A stretch of 64,000 bases of DNA, the filler included, from Basidiobolus ranarum (Eukaryota), in the NCBI GenBank assembly GCA_040143965.1. It is 9 parts of 9 records of this genome, joined end to end, with 100 filler letters (N's around TTAATTAATTAA, not from the genome) between each part and the next. Parts side by side here need not be neighbours in the genome. Positions count along the whole stretch, not along the records: positions 35,906 to 42,963 come from JASJQH010008061.1; positions 43,064 to 50,112 come from JASJQH010008062.1; 7 more parts are not named here. One strand, given 5' to 3'. Shown one piece after another: positions 38,766-50,212 of the stretch (position 1 is the stretch's first letter; each line of letters begins with the position of its first letter). Below the pieces are notes generated by a model, which searched no databases, was not told the origin of the DNA, and worked only from the letters and a program-made list of their open reading frames with translations. A program made the translations under genes and the position numbers.

Positions 38766-40247
38766 TTATTTTTGAAGTTTTCTTAATATCAGCTTAGTTC
38801 CATTTTTGGCTACCATAGCAAGACTATGCTCTTCTCGTTCAATATTGCGACATTTCTCTGATACTAGTACTTCGTATTTTTGAAGAATCATTGATATTAC
38901 TAAAGTGGCAGCATGTATAGCATAGCGCTGTCCCAAACAGCCGCGTACCCCTAGACCGAATGGGACAAAAGCCAAATGCTGGCCGTCAGAAGGAGCACCT
39001 TCTTTCTCTTGTGCGACTTTTTCTTTTTCTAGGAATCTATTAGGATCATATACCTCCGGATCAGTCCAGTATTTTGTATTTTTATGAATAGCAACCATAG
39101 GTATGACTATGGTGGTGTTTTTTGGTATGAAGTGACCACCAACATTCTGGTCTTGGTTGGTGACTCTCCAGGTAGCGATGGCGGTGGGTATGCACCTAAG
39201 GCTTTCTCTGATTGAAGCGCGAACGTATGAGAGCTGCGAAATATGACTAATTTCTGTTGGTGGTGTGTGTAGCCCACAGATTTTAATAATCTCCTCACGT
39301 GCTGTTGTTTGGCACTCCGGATTTATAGCCAAGTGCCACAGAGTGTTATTAAGTATAACGTCATTCTCAAACGTCCCGAACACAAATGTTAAGATCTCTT
39401 CTTGGATCTCTTGTTTAGTGAACACAGGAGACCCATCACTGTTCTTTGCAGAGAATAGAAGGCTCATCAGGTCTCCAGGTTTATCATGGATCTCTTCTCC
39501 GTGCTTACGCCTCTGTAGCTCTTTTGTTACTAGTTCATCCACCTCATGATGCACCTCACTTAGTAAGTGTCTCTTTTGACGCCATGTGGAAGAGAATGGA
39601 AAGATTCGGGTATATCTCAAATGGCCCAAGAATTTCAAGGTTATTTCCATTTTTTTGCCTAATGTTTGGTGCGAAGATGCCTCTCCAAAAACATTATAAT
39701 CATTCATCGACATCCATATTTGGTGAGTGTACGGCTCTAAAACGACCTCAAAAGAGCCATCATCCGAAATAGTACTAGATTTCTCCCAATCCAGAAAGGT
39801 GTTGGACACAATCTGCCGAAATTTTGGCATCAACTTCTCAAAAGGCTGTCTTGAGAATATTCCGTGTAGTAGACGACGTCTCTCTTTTGCTTCATCTCCC
39901 TTCAAGAAAGTTATTCCACCCATTAGCCCCTTCAAAAAATTCAGCCCTTCAACACGCTTATCTAATCTCAGCACTTTCATTTCACTCAATAGCTTTGGGT
40001 CATCTATAGACACGACTAACTCTCTACCATCCCAATACCGAGCTAAAGAGCCATATTTAGTATGCAAGTCAACTAAGAACTGGGCATACGAGCCAGCTGA
40101 GCAGATTGTAGCACGATTGTCAGTAAACAAACCGCATTCAGGTCCAGGTATGCGATTACCTATCTCACGTTGTCTTAAAAATGACCTTGCAATGTGCAGC
40201 AGTCCTGCTAATAAAAAAGTAATCACGAGAGTAATCCAAGTTTCCAT
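38766..40247 (-). CDS. cytochrome P450, intronless, 493 aa
   Basis: N-terminal membrane anchor and IPGP hinge, ExxR ('ESLR'), PERF-like 'DPNRF', haem motif 'PFGLGVRGCLG'. Atypical I-helix 'TFVFGTFENDVIL'. Confidence 0.96.
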   Translation of the reverse strand: METWITLVITFLLAGLLHIARSFLRQREIGNRIPGPECGLFTDNRATICSAGSYAQFLVDLHTKYGSLARYWDGRELVVSIDDPKLLSEMKVLRLDKRVEGLNFLKGLMGGITFLKGDEAKERRRLLHGIFSRQPFEKLMPKFRQIVSNTFLDWEKSSTISDDGSFEVVLEPYTHQIWMSMNDYNVFGEASSHQTLGKKMEITLKFLGHLRYTRIFPFSSTWRQKRHLLSEVHHEVDELVTKELQRRKHGEEIHDKPGDLMSLLFSAKNSDGSPVFTKQEIQEEILTFVFGTFENDVILNNTLWHLAINPECQTTAREEIIKICGLHTPPTEISHISQLSYVRASIRESLRCIPTAIATWRVTNQDQNVGGHFIPKNTTIVIPMVAIHKNTKYWTDPEVYDPNRFLEKEKVAQEKEGAPSDGQHLAFVPFGLGVRGCLGQRYAIHAATLVISMILQKYEVLVSEKCRNIEREEHSLAMVAKNGTKLILRKLQK

Positions 40248-42237
40248 GGAGGCTTACTGAATTTGGGGAAATAATATTATAAGTTGAAGGTTATTTACTC
40301 TAGTCGAAGTGGTACTTTGGGGCAGAACTAACCTAGAGGAGATAGTGGTAGATGGTTAGATGGAAGATACGATGGAATTCTAGTGGTAAGAGGGGATTAG
40401 TTGAATAGAAGAGACAAAAACATCCTATTTAACTGAGACAACACAATATAGGCATTGGATTTCAAGTCCATGTGGAAGATCCAGTGCTCATTTAATAAAA
40501 TTCTATTCACTGACGTCAACTACGAGCCGGCGGATCCAAATCTAAACTTGGAGTGACACTTATCCAACACCAGGCTTCTTGAAACCAAGGGTCACGATGG
40601 AGGTGTGGCAGCGGCAAGATTCACAAATGTGTAGGGGAACTAAAGGTAATGCAAGTAGAACTGTAGGGTTATCGATGGAATCTGCCTTGAACTACACCAT
40701 TCACGATGGAACTTTGGATTGTAGCTGTAGCAGCATTATCGAAGCCTCATTAAAGTCTGAATAGTATATTGTTAGTAAGTAGTGTGGCAGCGATGGGTGG
40801 ATATATAGCCAATAGCATAGATGTACACCCTAGACTGGCTTCTGTGAATGTGAAAACACAAGTCACGTTGATGTCTAGTATGATATTCAAGCTGGATTGG
40901 ATTTGTTCCATCAAATCACAATGATGACTAATATACGTGTTCCATCAGGCTAAGGGCTCTTGGATCTTGGCTCATAATATTGAATTAGCAAGCTTTGAGA
41001 TTCATTAAGTCAGAGTATGTTGAATGATTTTAATATGAGTTCTCTCATATATATAGTACTGTATATGGCACTATGTATCAAACCTGATATTATTATTATG
41101 ATGTATGGATATACTATAATAGAATCAGACAAGTATGCAGGGTTAGGGTTCACATTAAGCGAAGAATTCAGATACGAAATTACCATGCAATTATCTGAAA
41201 TTGACTTTAGGTAGGTGTATGTCTGGCGGATCAAATATGTGTTAATATACTCTTTCTGCTGGAGCACTTTGGTGCATGTATGAAATGAGGATGAGGAATT
41301 AGCTGGTGAAGAAGCTTTCTGCGAAAGTCAGCTAGTAGCAGAGACAAGTGATTTACGTTGTCTATACTTCGTGGTTGGAACGAAATGAACAGTGAAATTG
41401 CTTTGGGATAAATTAAGGATGTGTGTAATGAAGCCATTGCTGTTTGAAGTCGAAGCTATGGAAAAGAGGTTCAGAATAATGATCAATATATGCCTTTACA
41501 GTTTGAGAGATTTGGATGCCATTGCAAATATCTGGCAGTCTCCCAACACTTAGTATAAATTTCAGCAATATTGATTATGGTATCCCAAGCTCTACATATA
41601 AACTGAGCCATAAATTCATCTTGTCTAAGTTATGCATTGACTAGAGTAAATCGAGAACATCCACATAAATTATATTAGCATTCTTCAGCAAATTATTAAC
41701 CTATGTGCTTCATTGTACGTTTTATATGGCCAATATTTAGTCAAATGAGTTCAAAAGTACTTCTCCAGAGCGCAAGACAATTTTGATTATTCCCTATACT
41801 TTACATTGATGAAAGGTACTGTATTAATGACACTCAGTAGTGGTATACTTACTAATATGGCCTAAAGAAGTCCAGTGTAAGACCTGATCAATGAACTAGG
41901 ATTTTCATGAAACACTTATTGTCTAAACCGGCAAGCACGAGTTGAATGAGAATATATTTATTGGGTTGAAATTGAATTGAATTCCAAGATTCCCAAGCCC
42001 TAAATAAATGAACAAAAAAGTGGAGAGTAAACCACCAACCAAAGTTGAACCAAGAATAAATAGTGCTCTCATGATAATCCAGCCAAAGGGGAGGCACACA
42101 TATATATAAGTTCGTATTACTCGAAGCAATACTACGTACAGCATTGGTGAGGTATTGTGAAGTAGAGAATGCAAAGGAGAACACATATATTAAAGACCTG
42201 AAAATATACAAATAGCATTATATATGGATGCAGTACT

Positions 42238-42963
42238 TTAATTTCCTTTTTTTACTTTATCTACTAGGGAGATAATTGCGTCTTTCGTGCCCAGTACACA
42301 AGCGATGGCAGCTATAACGATGATGATGGAGCACCAGAGGAGCTCAAGTTTGTTCATGGAGCGGAGTCCATATAGTTTGAGGTATAGGACAATAGGTGCA
42401 ATAAAGATGATGATAGAATAAGCCAGTGCTCCGATGAGTGACATCAAATCATCCACATATGGAAGGAACATAGCAATCAAAGCCAGAACCACAATGATTG
42501 TAGTACGTAAGACAGCGCGAAGCATGAATTCCTTGGAAGCTGAGTGATATCTACGATCAATCCTTAACATACTCTCCATCTCATAAGCGAATCCAGTAAG
42601 GTATAGGGGAGCAGCAAGGATAACATGAGCCGTGATCATAATGATGGCTATGGTAGTAGGAGCACCATTAGGTAGACTTTTGTAAATCGGAGACTGCACG
42701 GTTCCTCCGTATACGTAGTAACCACACACCGAGATTAAAATGTACATTCCACAAATTGTCGCCATGGCCATTGTAAGGACTTTAGGCCATGCTTTTGGAT
42801 GAGCCATACCTGATTCAATGTGAGGATAAATGACATTACCACCGAACGAGAAGCAGATTGAAGCGAGAGCAATGGGCAGACCGGAGGAACTAATGAACTG
42901 GTGGGAGCCGGTAACATTATCAAGGCGACCATGGAGATCAACAAAACCTACAATAACTGAGAC
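42238..42963 (-). CDS. amino acid transporter, AAAP/Aa_trans family (Avt1-like), 5' truncated
   Basis: The frame is open from the contig end: 'ICFSFGGNVIYPHIESGMAHP', 'GYYVYG', 'PYVDDLMSLIGA'; multiple TM segments. Confidence 0.9.
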   Translation of the reverse strand, partial: VSVIVGFVDLHGRLDNVTGSHQFISSSGLPIALASICFSFGGNVIYPHIESGMAHPKAWPKVLTMAMATICGMYILISVCGYYVYGGTVQSPIYKSLPNGAPTTIAIIMITAHVILAAPLYLTGFAYEMESMLRIDRRYHSASKEFMLRAVLRTTIIVVLALIAMFLPYVDDLMSLIGALAYSIIIFIAPIVLYLKLYGLRSMNKLELLWCSIIIVIAAIACVLGTKDAIISLVDKVKKGN

Positions 42964-43063
42964 NNNNNNNNNNNNNNNNNNNNNNNNNNNNNNNNNNNNN
43001 NNNNNNNTTAATTAATTAANNNNNNNNNNNNNNNNNNNNNNNNNNNNNNNNNNNNNNNNNNNN
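42964..43063. other. artificial contig spacer
   Basis: Same 100-bp linker. Confidence 0.99.
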
Positions 43064-43504
43064 GAAAATTCTATATATCTGAGAACTTCTAAGTTAGTAA
43101 AAATATTCTAAGTAAATTCCTTATGAGAATAATGGATAATATCTTAGTGAATTATAAGATAACTAAGTACTAAGCTATATATGACTATATAGGTGTTTAA
43201 GCAAAGCTAATTTCAGCAATATATAGCTTAGTATTTAGTTATTCTATATTGAACTAAGATATCACCTCAAGAAGAATTTACTTAGGAGTTTGAAGATATA
43301 TAAATTTCAATAACTTGTGCTAGAAGCCCCAAACTTTGCACCTATGTTCCTTGGACCTTTTTTAACACATCTTACACATTTGTTTGCCTACATCTTGACA
43401 ACACTATAAATGTTAACTTTTAATTCAATAAATCAACAAGTGAGAACCACCAATTCTTCTAGTTCTCCAAACCACTTTCAACAAACTCCCAAAATATTTC
43501 AACA
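43064..43504. mobile_element. two abutting LTR family A copies in opposite orientation (43064-43218 and 43219-43504)
   Basis: The first copy ends GCTAATTTCAGCA. The second is the reverse complement of most of 9416-9763 and ends CCCAAAATATTTCAACA. Confidence 0.85.
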
Positions 43505-44173
43505 ATTGCAAACTGTATATAGTGAAGAATTCAGCAATTTTTTTGCTTCCAGCATGTTTTTTGAAATACCCACTATTAATGACCATCAATAAACTCTAAA
43601 GTAGCCTATAAGATTTGTAGGGCTTGATACAAGCATATAAATCATGAGTTTGGCATGCAGTACACATATAGAGAGATAGCTACATGTCTGATTAAAGTAG
43701 TGTACTATTTAACATTCAATGTGCAGAATTTGGTGACCATACTGAGCTCATATACTGATTATCTTTCGTGAGTACAGGGTAGAGAATGAAAATCATAATT
43801 TTGACTAATAAAGTTCTTCACAAACCGGTAATTGTAGTAAATACTTGAGATGGTAAAATTAGAAGACATTGTGTTGAAATAAGTATCAATGCTTCAATAG
43901 ACAATAGATTTTAGAATAGGTAATTCCATTCAACATTTGATATATGACAGTATAGATTACCCAATCATAGGTTTGGGAATTAGTTCTCTGATCCTGCAAG
44001 CAACAATCGCTCATGATTACAAGCGGTTGTGACATATTATCATCAGAATCACGTGTATGCAAGTGCATGACGTCATACAATATCCTGGTTAGTATTTATT
44101 CACATAGTGCTCCAACGGATCTTTAATATACACTAAATTTTCCTGTACAAAACAGCGATACGCTATCACCTCC

Positions 44174-45232
44174 ATGCGCATTCTAATCACCTCTGTAGAA
44201 GAGCGACGTATACCCAACAAATATATAGTTTATAGACTCGAAATTAAAGAAGGTGTACGAGGTTGGGTCGCTTATCATCGTTATCAAGATTTTTTTAATC
44301 TACATCGAAACCTGAGTAAAAAGTTCCCTGGTGTTCAACCACCTGGCATCTTACCACCAAAGCAGTCATGGTTCAGTAGAAGTGCTACTGGGATTGGCTC
44401 TGATTTTATTGAAAATAGACGCGAACAGTTGGAGCTATATTTAAACGCCATACTACAGGATGCTTCTGGAGAATGGAGAGAGAGCGAAGAGTTTACAAAG
44501 TTTTTAGAGACACCAAGGATAAAACATGTTGATGTTTTAAACATCACTTCAGAAGATTGGCTAGATGAACTGAAACAAATAGAAAAAGGTGTTCGTGAAG
44601 CCAGGGCTGCTATCGCTAAAAGAGATTCTTTGAGACAAGACAAACAAATTGCTGCTGCTCACAGAGCAACTATGGAGGCCAAGAATGCTTTGGCACCACT
44701 AGACACCAGAATCATTGGTTTAGAAGATGCTCTGAAAGCAATGAGTAATAAACGTGGTGACCAAGTTATTCTAAGTAGCGGTGAACTATCTAGGCGTATG
44801 GATATGTTGAACCGAGTGAAAGATGAAAAATCGGTGCTAACTAAACTATGTCATATTGGTATGGGATCTGTTTCTGAGGCTGGAACTTCCCTCCTTGCTC
44901 CACCAACCCATTCGCCACCATCGGCCCCTACTAATCCTACGAAAGGTTCGACTAGAGTGTTTGGTAATACTCGAGCACTTCCTCAAGAGACGGAGGTTAC
45001 AGCAGGAAAAAATAATGAAGAACTTTTGAATTTTCAACAACAACTTATGGAGAATCAAGACCAAAATCTTGACCAATTCTCCTCAATTCTTGAACGACAA
45101 AAGCAACTTGGACTTACTATTCATCAAGAGTTAGATTCACAAAATCAACTACTTGAAGAGTTGGATGATCAAGTGGATAGAAGTGGAGCTAAATTGAAAC
45201 GAGCCTCTAAATTGGTGAAGCAAATCAAATAA
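44174..45232 (+). CDS. VAM7: vacuolar PX-domain Qc-SNARE Vam7, intronless
   Basis: PX domain 'HRYQDFFNLH...LPPK...IENRREQLELYL'. C-terminal SNARE 'QDQNLDQFSSILERQKQLGLTIHQELDSQN'. No TM anchor. Confidence 0.92.
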   Translation: MRILITSVEERRIPNKYIVYRLEIKEGVRGWVAYHRYQDFFNLHRNLSKKFPGVQPPGILPPKQSWFSRSATGIGSDFIENRREQLELYLNAILQDASGEWRESEEFTKFLETPRIKHVDVLNITSEDWLDELKQIEKGVREARAAIAKRDSLRQDKQIAAAHRATMEAKNALAPLDTRIIGLEDALKAMSNKRGDQVILSSGELSRRMDMLNRVKDEKSVLTKLCHIGMGSVSEAGTSLLAPPTHSPPSAPTNPTKGSTRVFGNTRALPQETEVTAGKNNEELLNFQQQLMENQDQNLDQFSSILERQKQLGLTIHQELDSQNQLLEELDDQVDRSGAKLKRASKLVKQIK

Positions 45233-45636
45233 CAATCTTTCGCATCTCTTGTCTCTAGTGTCCATTCTCTAGTATGTAGCTTATGCTTCAGTATGTAGTC
45301 TATTCTCTAACTCTCGATATTTTCCACCTACATTGCTCCATCATCCACTAAATGTACATTTCTTATTCATGGGTTTATTTTCAACAAGCACTAATCAACA
45401 TTGAATACATTTCTATTTACTACTTCATAATCACATTTACAGTGAGAAACTCATATTGATACCAGATGTAGTTACTTAACATGAGTGAATCTAATTTTGG
45501 TAGATACAGACTATGACTTCCTAGATGCTTTTTATCTAGCACATAGACAACAACAAGGGAATGCTGTGAATCCTCGAAAGGTGCCTGGGGAGGTACCATA
45601 CGAGTTACTCAAGAGGAGCCTTACTTCGCTAAAGGG

Positions 45637-45888
45637 TTATTTAACGAGATTAGGTGAGGGTGGTGGTGGAAACATGAAGACTTCAGAATTCTCTATAGCT
45701 GGTGAGCGAACCGGTGAACGGTCATATTCCTCAGGTGAATGTGTGAGATAGACTTGTTCAAATCTGCTAAATCGTACAGATTTGGAACTAGTTGGGGAGG
45801 TACTCTCACTATTCAATTCAGGTATAGTGTTCGTGTTGATAATAGTGTTCGTATCGATAATAACAGGGAACTGTCTCTTTAGAGTCAT
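45637..45888 (-). CDS. 83-aa protein with a PP1/Glc7-docking motif (Bni4/neurabin-type)
   Basis: ATG-initiated ORF containing 'KSVRFSRFEQVYLTHSPEEYDR'. Pyrimidine-rich leader and TATA-like tract at about 45990. Confidence 0.65.
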   Translation of the reverse strand: MTLKRQFPVIIDTNTIINTNTIPELNSESTSPTSSKSVRFSRFEQVYLTHSPEEYDRSPVRSPAIENSEVFMFPPPPSPNLVK

Positions 45889-46790
45889 TATGGAAGTAAG
45901 GGTAGCAGAATTAGGGTGTAGAACGAGACCTGCTCGAAACGAAGCGGAGAAGAGAAAGATGGGATAGTCAATATTGGAGATAGAAGGTTGTATAAATAAG
46001 CAACTACAAGCAACAATATTCGAGGCTATCTAAGTATCCTAGTAAAGTAGTTATGACTTCTAAGTAGGGCAATCAGTTTATTGGAATCGGAGCCCTTTCC
46101 ATTCAGAAAATCAATGGCCAGAGTGGTACTCAAAGCAGCGGGTAACAGCGGGTAGAATCCAAATGATTTCTGTTTATGGTGCTTCAATTATAGTGATAGT
46201 GAGTAATTAGAGCAATAATGAGGTCCCATTGATTTTTATCCAAATTGAGCCACGATGGTTCGACCTCACTAGCCGGTGTTTATACGTCATATAGGTGGGT
46301 CATGGTTTCATTGGTTCTGGTCTTGAATTAGTTCTACCCGCTGACTATTTTTCTTTTCAAGTGGCTTTTTGCATCTGGATCTGGAGCTGAAGCTGGAGCA
46401 GTGCACACAACAAAAGTGGGACTAATACACAACGTTGATAGGTTCGGTGTATATTTTGATATTGTTGTTCACTCTTGCACCAAGGTTTTCACATTTCATT
46501 CAAATACCGGAGATTCGCCAAGCCTTCCAAAATACCTTATTATCATTGTTCATCTACTATCTTGCCATCGTGTTCAACTCTACGATGATTTGAGAGCCAG
46601 ACCTTATATCATATGAGAACCAGACCAGAGCTATATTGACTGATTTGTTTCCACATCACCCGTAGTAAATTCTGCATATATATATAAAGTAAATAATGCT
46701 CTAAAGAAACAAGCTTAAATATCTCAATTTCTCTGTGGAGCTGGAATATTTATTCTGTATCTGCATCTTCTAAAGCCTTAATGATAAACA

Positions 46791-48273
46791 ATGGTCACTA
46801 TTGATCCTACTAGAAAACCTTTACCCGAGCATTTATATGAAAAGGTCCTTGGGCCAGTTCGTTTTGCTATTCGTCAAGGATTGTTGAATCATGGCTGTAG
46901 GGATACCAAGCTTTTATGCGATATTCAGGTGAGCTTAGCTGGTTCTACTTCAGTTAATTCAATACTAAGCGATATCTCTAGAGTGGTTTAAGATGCAAAG
47001 TTTTGGACTATTACTTCCTTGGTAGTGGAGTGCTTGGAAACCATTTGACTTTTGTTCTTGTACTGCCGAGTTTTTTTCTTTTTAATCTTCCTGACGTTGG
47101 ACGAGTGTTAGTATATTTATTATCGTTTTATCGTCATATATATACCAACTAACATGAAATTCCTCAGAATGTCCAGCCTGCTTCTGTATGGAGTGGTAGT
47201 AAGCTCAGCGTTGAAGGTTTTGTTTGAATAGTATGAATTGAGACAGTCCACTTTGTAACTCATGAATGATAAACTAGGACTATCTGTGCATTCCTCGTCC
47301 ACAGTCTCCGCCTGTTCATCGACTATCGATTAGCAAAGCACATGGTTTGGAATACGGGTTTCCTTCGTCTCATACAACAAACTGCGTGGCTCTTGGACTA
47401 GCTTCTCTTTCATACATCAGCTCATCAGAAGCATTTTCATTCCATACTCAAATATTGCTTATTACTCTGACTGTGGTTTATATGACCTCAGTATCCTTTG
47501 GAAGAATTTATTGCGGCATGCATAGTGTAATGGATGTAACAGGGGGATTTGTTCTAGCAGTAGGGTTATGGATTATATTTTATTTATGTCAAGAATATGT
47601 GGACCAGGTGATCTTTCATAGTGGTATTTTATCATTTGCATTGACCATAACGGGTCTACTGTCCATGATATACTTAAATCCTGAACCACTTGATCCATGT
47701 CCCTGCTTTGAAGATTCTGCCGCTTGCATAGGAGCGATTATTGGAATTTATATTGGAACTTGGGGTACTATACATGACTCAAGCTATTTGACCGACTTTT
47801 CAGCTATGAACTGTGGATATGTACAACTCGTAATGAGATTGCTTTTGGGATTAGGAAGTATCATAATATCGCGTACAGTGATGAAAAAAGTGTGTCGCTT
47901 TTGCTTACCACCTATCTACCAGATTCTCAATATCCCCACTCACATCCCAGTACAAACAAGAAGTGCCGTACGTCGCATGTCCATTTCAATAATACCACCG
48001 CCAATAGACATTGAGAATAACAATGAAGCAAAATCCACCATCATCTCCACTGGAAAAACTCTACACTCAAGCAATTCAAAGTTAAACTGTCGAGAGAGTA
48101 AACCAAATAACAAAGATATGAACAAAGTAGATTCGGATGTTTTGAAAGCATACCGAGAGTCAATAATCCCGCGATACGATATAGACATTCTGACCAAAGT
48201 TCTGGTTTACACAGTAATGGGGTGGTTCGCTTCGCAAGGGAACTTGATTTTATGCAAGCTCTTATCAATCTGA
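46791..48273 (+). CDS. LCB3: dihydrosphingosine-1-phosphate phosphatase (PAP2 family); exons about 46791-46928, 46982-47106, 47169-47216, 47278-48273
   Basis: PAP2 motifs 'KDYLCIPRP', 'EYGFPSSH' and 'GRIYCGMHSVMD', plus 'PEPLDPCPCFEDS' and 'PRYDIDILTK'. Confidence 0.9.
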
Positions 48274-49210
48274 TAATTCCATACTAGCTATGTGTTATGT
48301 ACATTCTCCTCGGAGTAGTAGAAAACGTTCTCTACATACCTCACGCCAAGCACATTTTGTCACTGATGAAAGCAATGGAGATGGAGATATTGAGGAGATA
48401 AAGAAGTTACCATGAGGATTACTCCAACCAATAAACAAAGCAGTAGGGAAGAATGTACTCATGGAATGTATTACAACCAATAGACGATAAGAAAAGTATT
48501 AAACAGAGAGAATATTGCCAATTAAAGAAAGTCGACTAATAGATATTTCTAATATATTTCCCAATGAGTAATCATCATCGAGATAACACTATTTTTAAGT
48601 TGTATAATGCATGCAACGCCTCCAAATCTAATTCGATCCATTAGGGTGAATAACTGTTTGATTTGCCAACTAGGCAGTCATGATGTAAATTACTGTAAAT
48701 TACTGTGAAACACTGTGAATAATCTAACTTCAAAACGTTTATAAAAAGGCTTTTTGTGATTAGAAGAACAGATATGGTTTAGAAGATCGATGGTCCAACG
48801 AGCCATGTGATGACTGATCGTTAAAATTAGCTACTGGTATCAACTTAGGACACCTAAAGCGGAGATCGATACTCGATCTTAAATTCACAAACAATTCATG
48901 TGTTATTTTTAAGCGCCAGATGAATGTCGTAGTCATAGTGTTCGGTCATTCACAATAGAGTTGAAGTAGCTCGCTTACTTGATAGTTACTACCGCTAACT
49001 TTACAACGTATAGGCTGTAGGTATATTCCGATTTAGGTTTGGAAGAAACACCAAGAAACACGTTAGAATAGAATATTTCACCAATGAAAGAGTATGCACT
49101 CAAAAATATCTTGATGATGTGATTACAAAGCCGTATCAACTATTATATAAGTAAGCTCATATGCCTCTATTAATCAACATTGAACTGTTGGAATCATTCA
49201 GCAAATAAGC

Positions 49211-50112
49211 ATGCCTAAAGTAAAAACTAATCTACTTCGTGTGGGTTCTCTTCTGCTAGCACTATGCCAGCACTTGAGCGCTCAAATGTATACTGCGACA
49301 GCGCTCTTTGACCTGAGAGGGTCGACTTTTCCATCTACCTATACGTACACCATGGGCTATGGCACCGATTTTGAAATATACGAAATCAACTCGCAATCTT
49401 ATACTGCAACGATATCCGGCTTTACCGTATCTAAAACCTTTCCTTCCCAATTTTTTTCTGACTCGATTGCACCTCTCACTTTTACCGATGATTTTCGTGG
49501 ATTAACAGTAACAGAAACTTTCTCGGCCAGTACTGCTATAAGAGAGCTTCCAGCTAGAACTGTTATACAACGTGTTGATCCTACCACAATTACGAGGTTC
49601 TTACCTACCTCTTCCATCAGTGTCGACCTAGCTGCTCTCACTGACACAGTATTCGCCAGTGCTCCATTCCCCACGGTTACTTTGACGGGACCTGACGACC
49701 CAAATAGGGACACGTCTTGGGAATTGGATGTTAACTTGGGTACCTTATTCTTCATGGGAACAATAAACGGCCCAACTGTCACTCATTTAATAGGTAGCAG
49801 CATCAACACCGCAGTGATTCCACCAAGAACCATTTCTTATGTAGAGAATGGGAGTACCTCTGTTTCAGTGTTTCCCCAGGAGACGGTAACAAATACTGGA
49901 GTGGCGTATTTCACTGAAACTTTTGGTCCCACCTATGTTACTAGAGTTGTTGAGCCTACTGTAGTTAGTGATATATTTCCACCAGTATATGTTACAGCTA
50001 CCCCGACAATCACTATCACTGAACCAAGCACTACCGTGCTACCCTCTACTGTGATCGGCACCGTGACACCAACTACCAACTCTGTAATCACTCAGGATTC
50101 GACATCCTTCAC
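49211..50112 (+). CDS. secreted Thr/Ser/Val-rich protein, 3' truncated by the contig end
   Basis: TATAAG at about 49146; signal-peptide-like 'MPKVKTNLLRVGSLLLALCQHLSA'; 300 open codons with 9-residue periodicity. Confidence 0.8.
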
Positions 50113-50212
50113 NNNNNNNNNNNNNNNNNNNNNNNNNNNNNNNNNNNNNNNNNNNNTTAATTAATTAANNNNNNNNNNNNNNNNNNNNNNNNNNNNNNNN
50201 NNNNNNNNNNNN
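50113..50212. other. artificial contig spacer
   Basis: Same 100-bp linker. Confidence 0.99.

Noticed and set aside
39265-40260. Long antisense ORFs over the P450 (likewise over VAM7, CHK2, LCB3 and 49399-49782)
   Set aside because: Shadow ORFs of real genes, with no motifs.
41017-41552. Gene-like plus-strand segments between the P450 and the amino acid transporter
   Set aside because: Interrupted by stops, with no identifiable homology.
46250-46280. GGTTCGA T-loop-like motifs (also at 14121, 20936 and 31450)
   Set aside because: No flanking T-stem or cloverleaf.
28742-50112. Putative gene cluster linking the kinase, P450, transporter, VAM7 and LCB3
   Set aside because: It spans artificial spacers, and no backbone biosynthetic enzyme is present.
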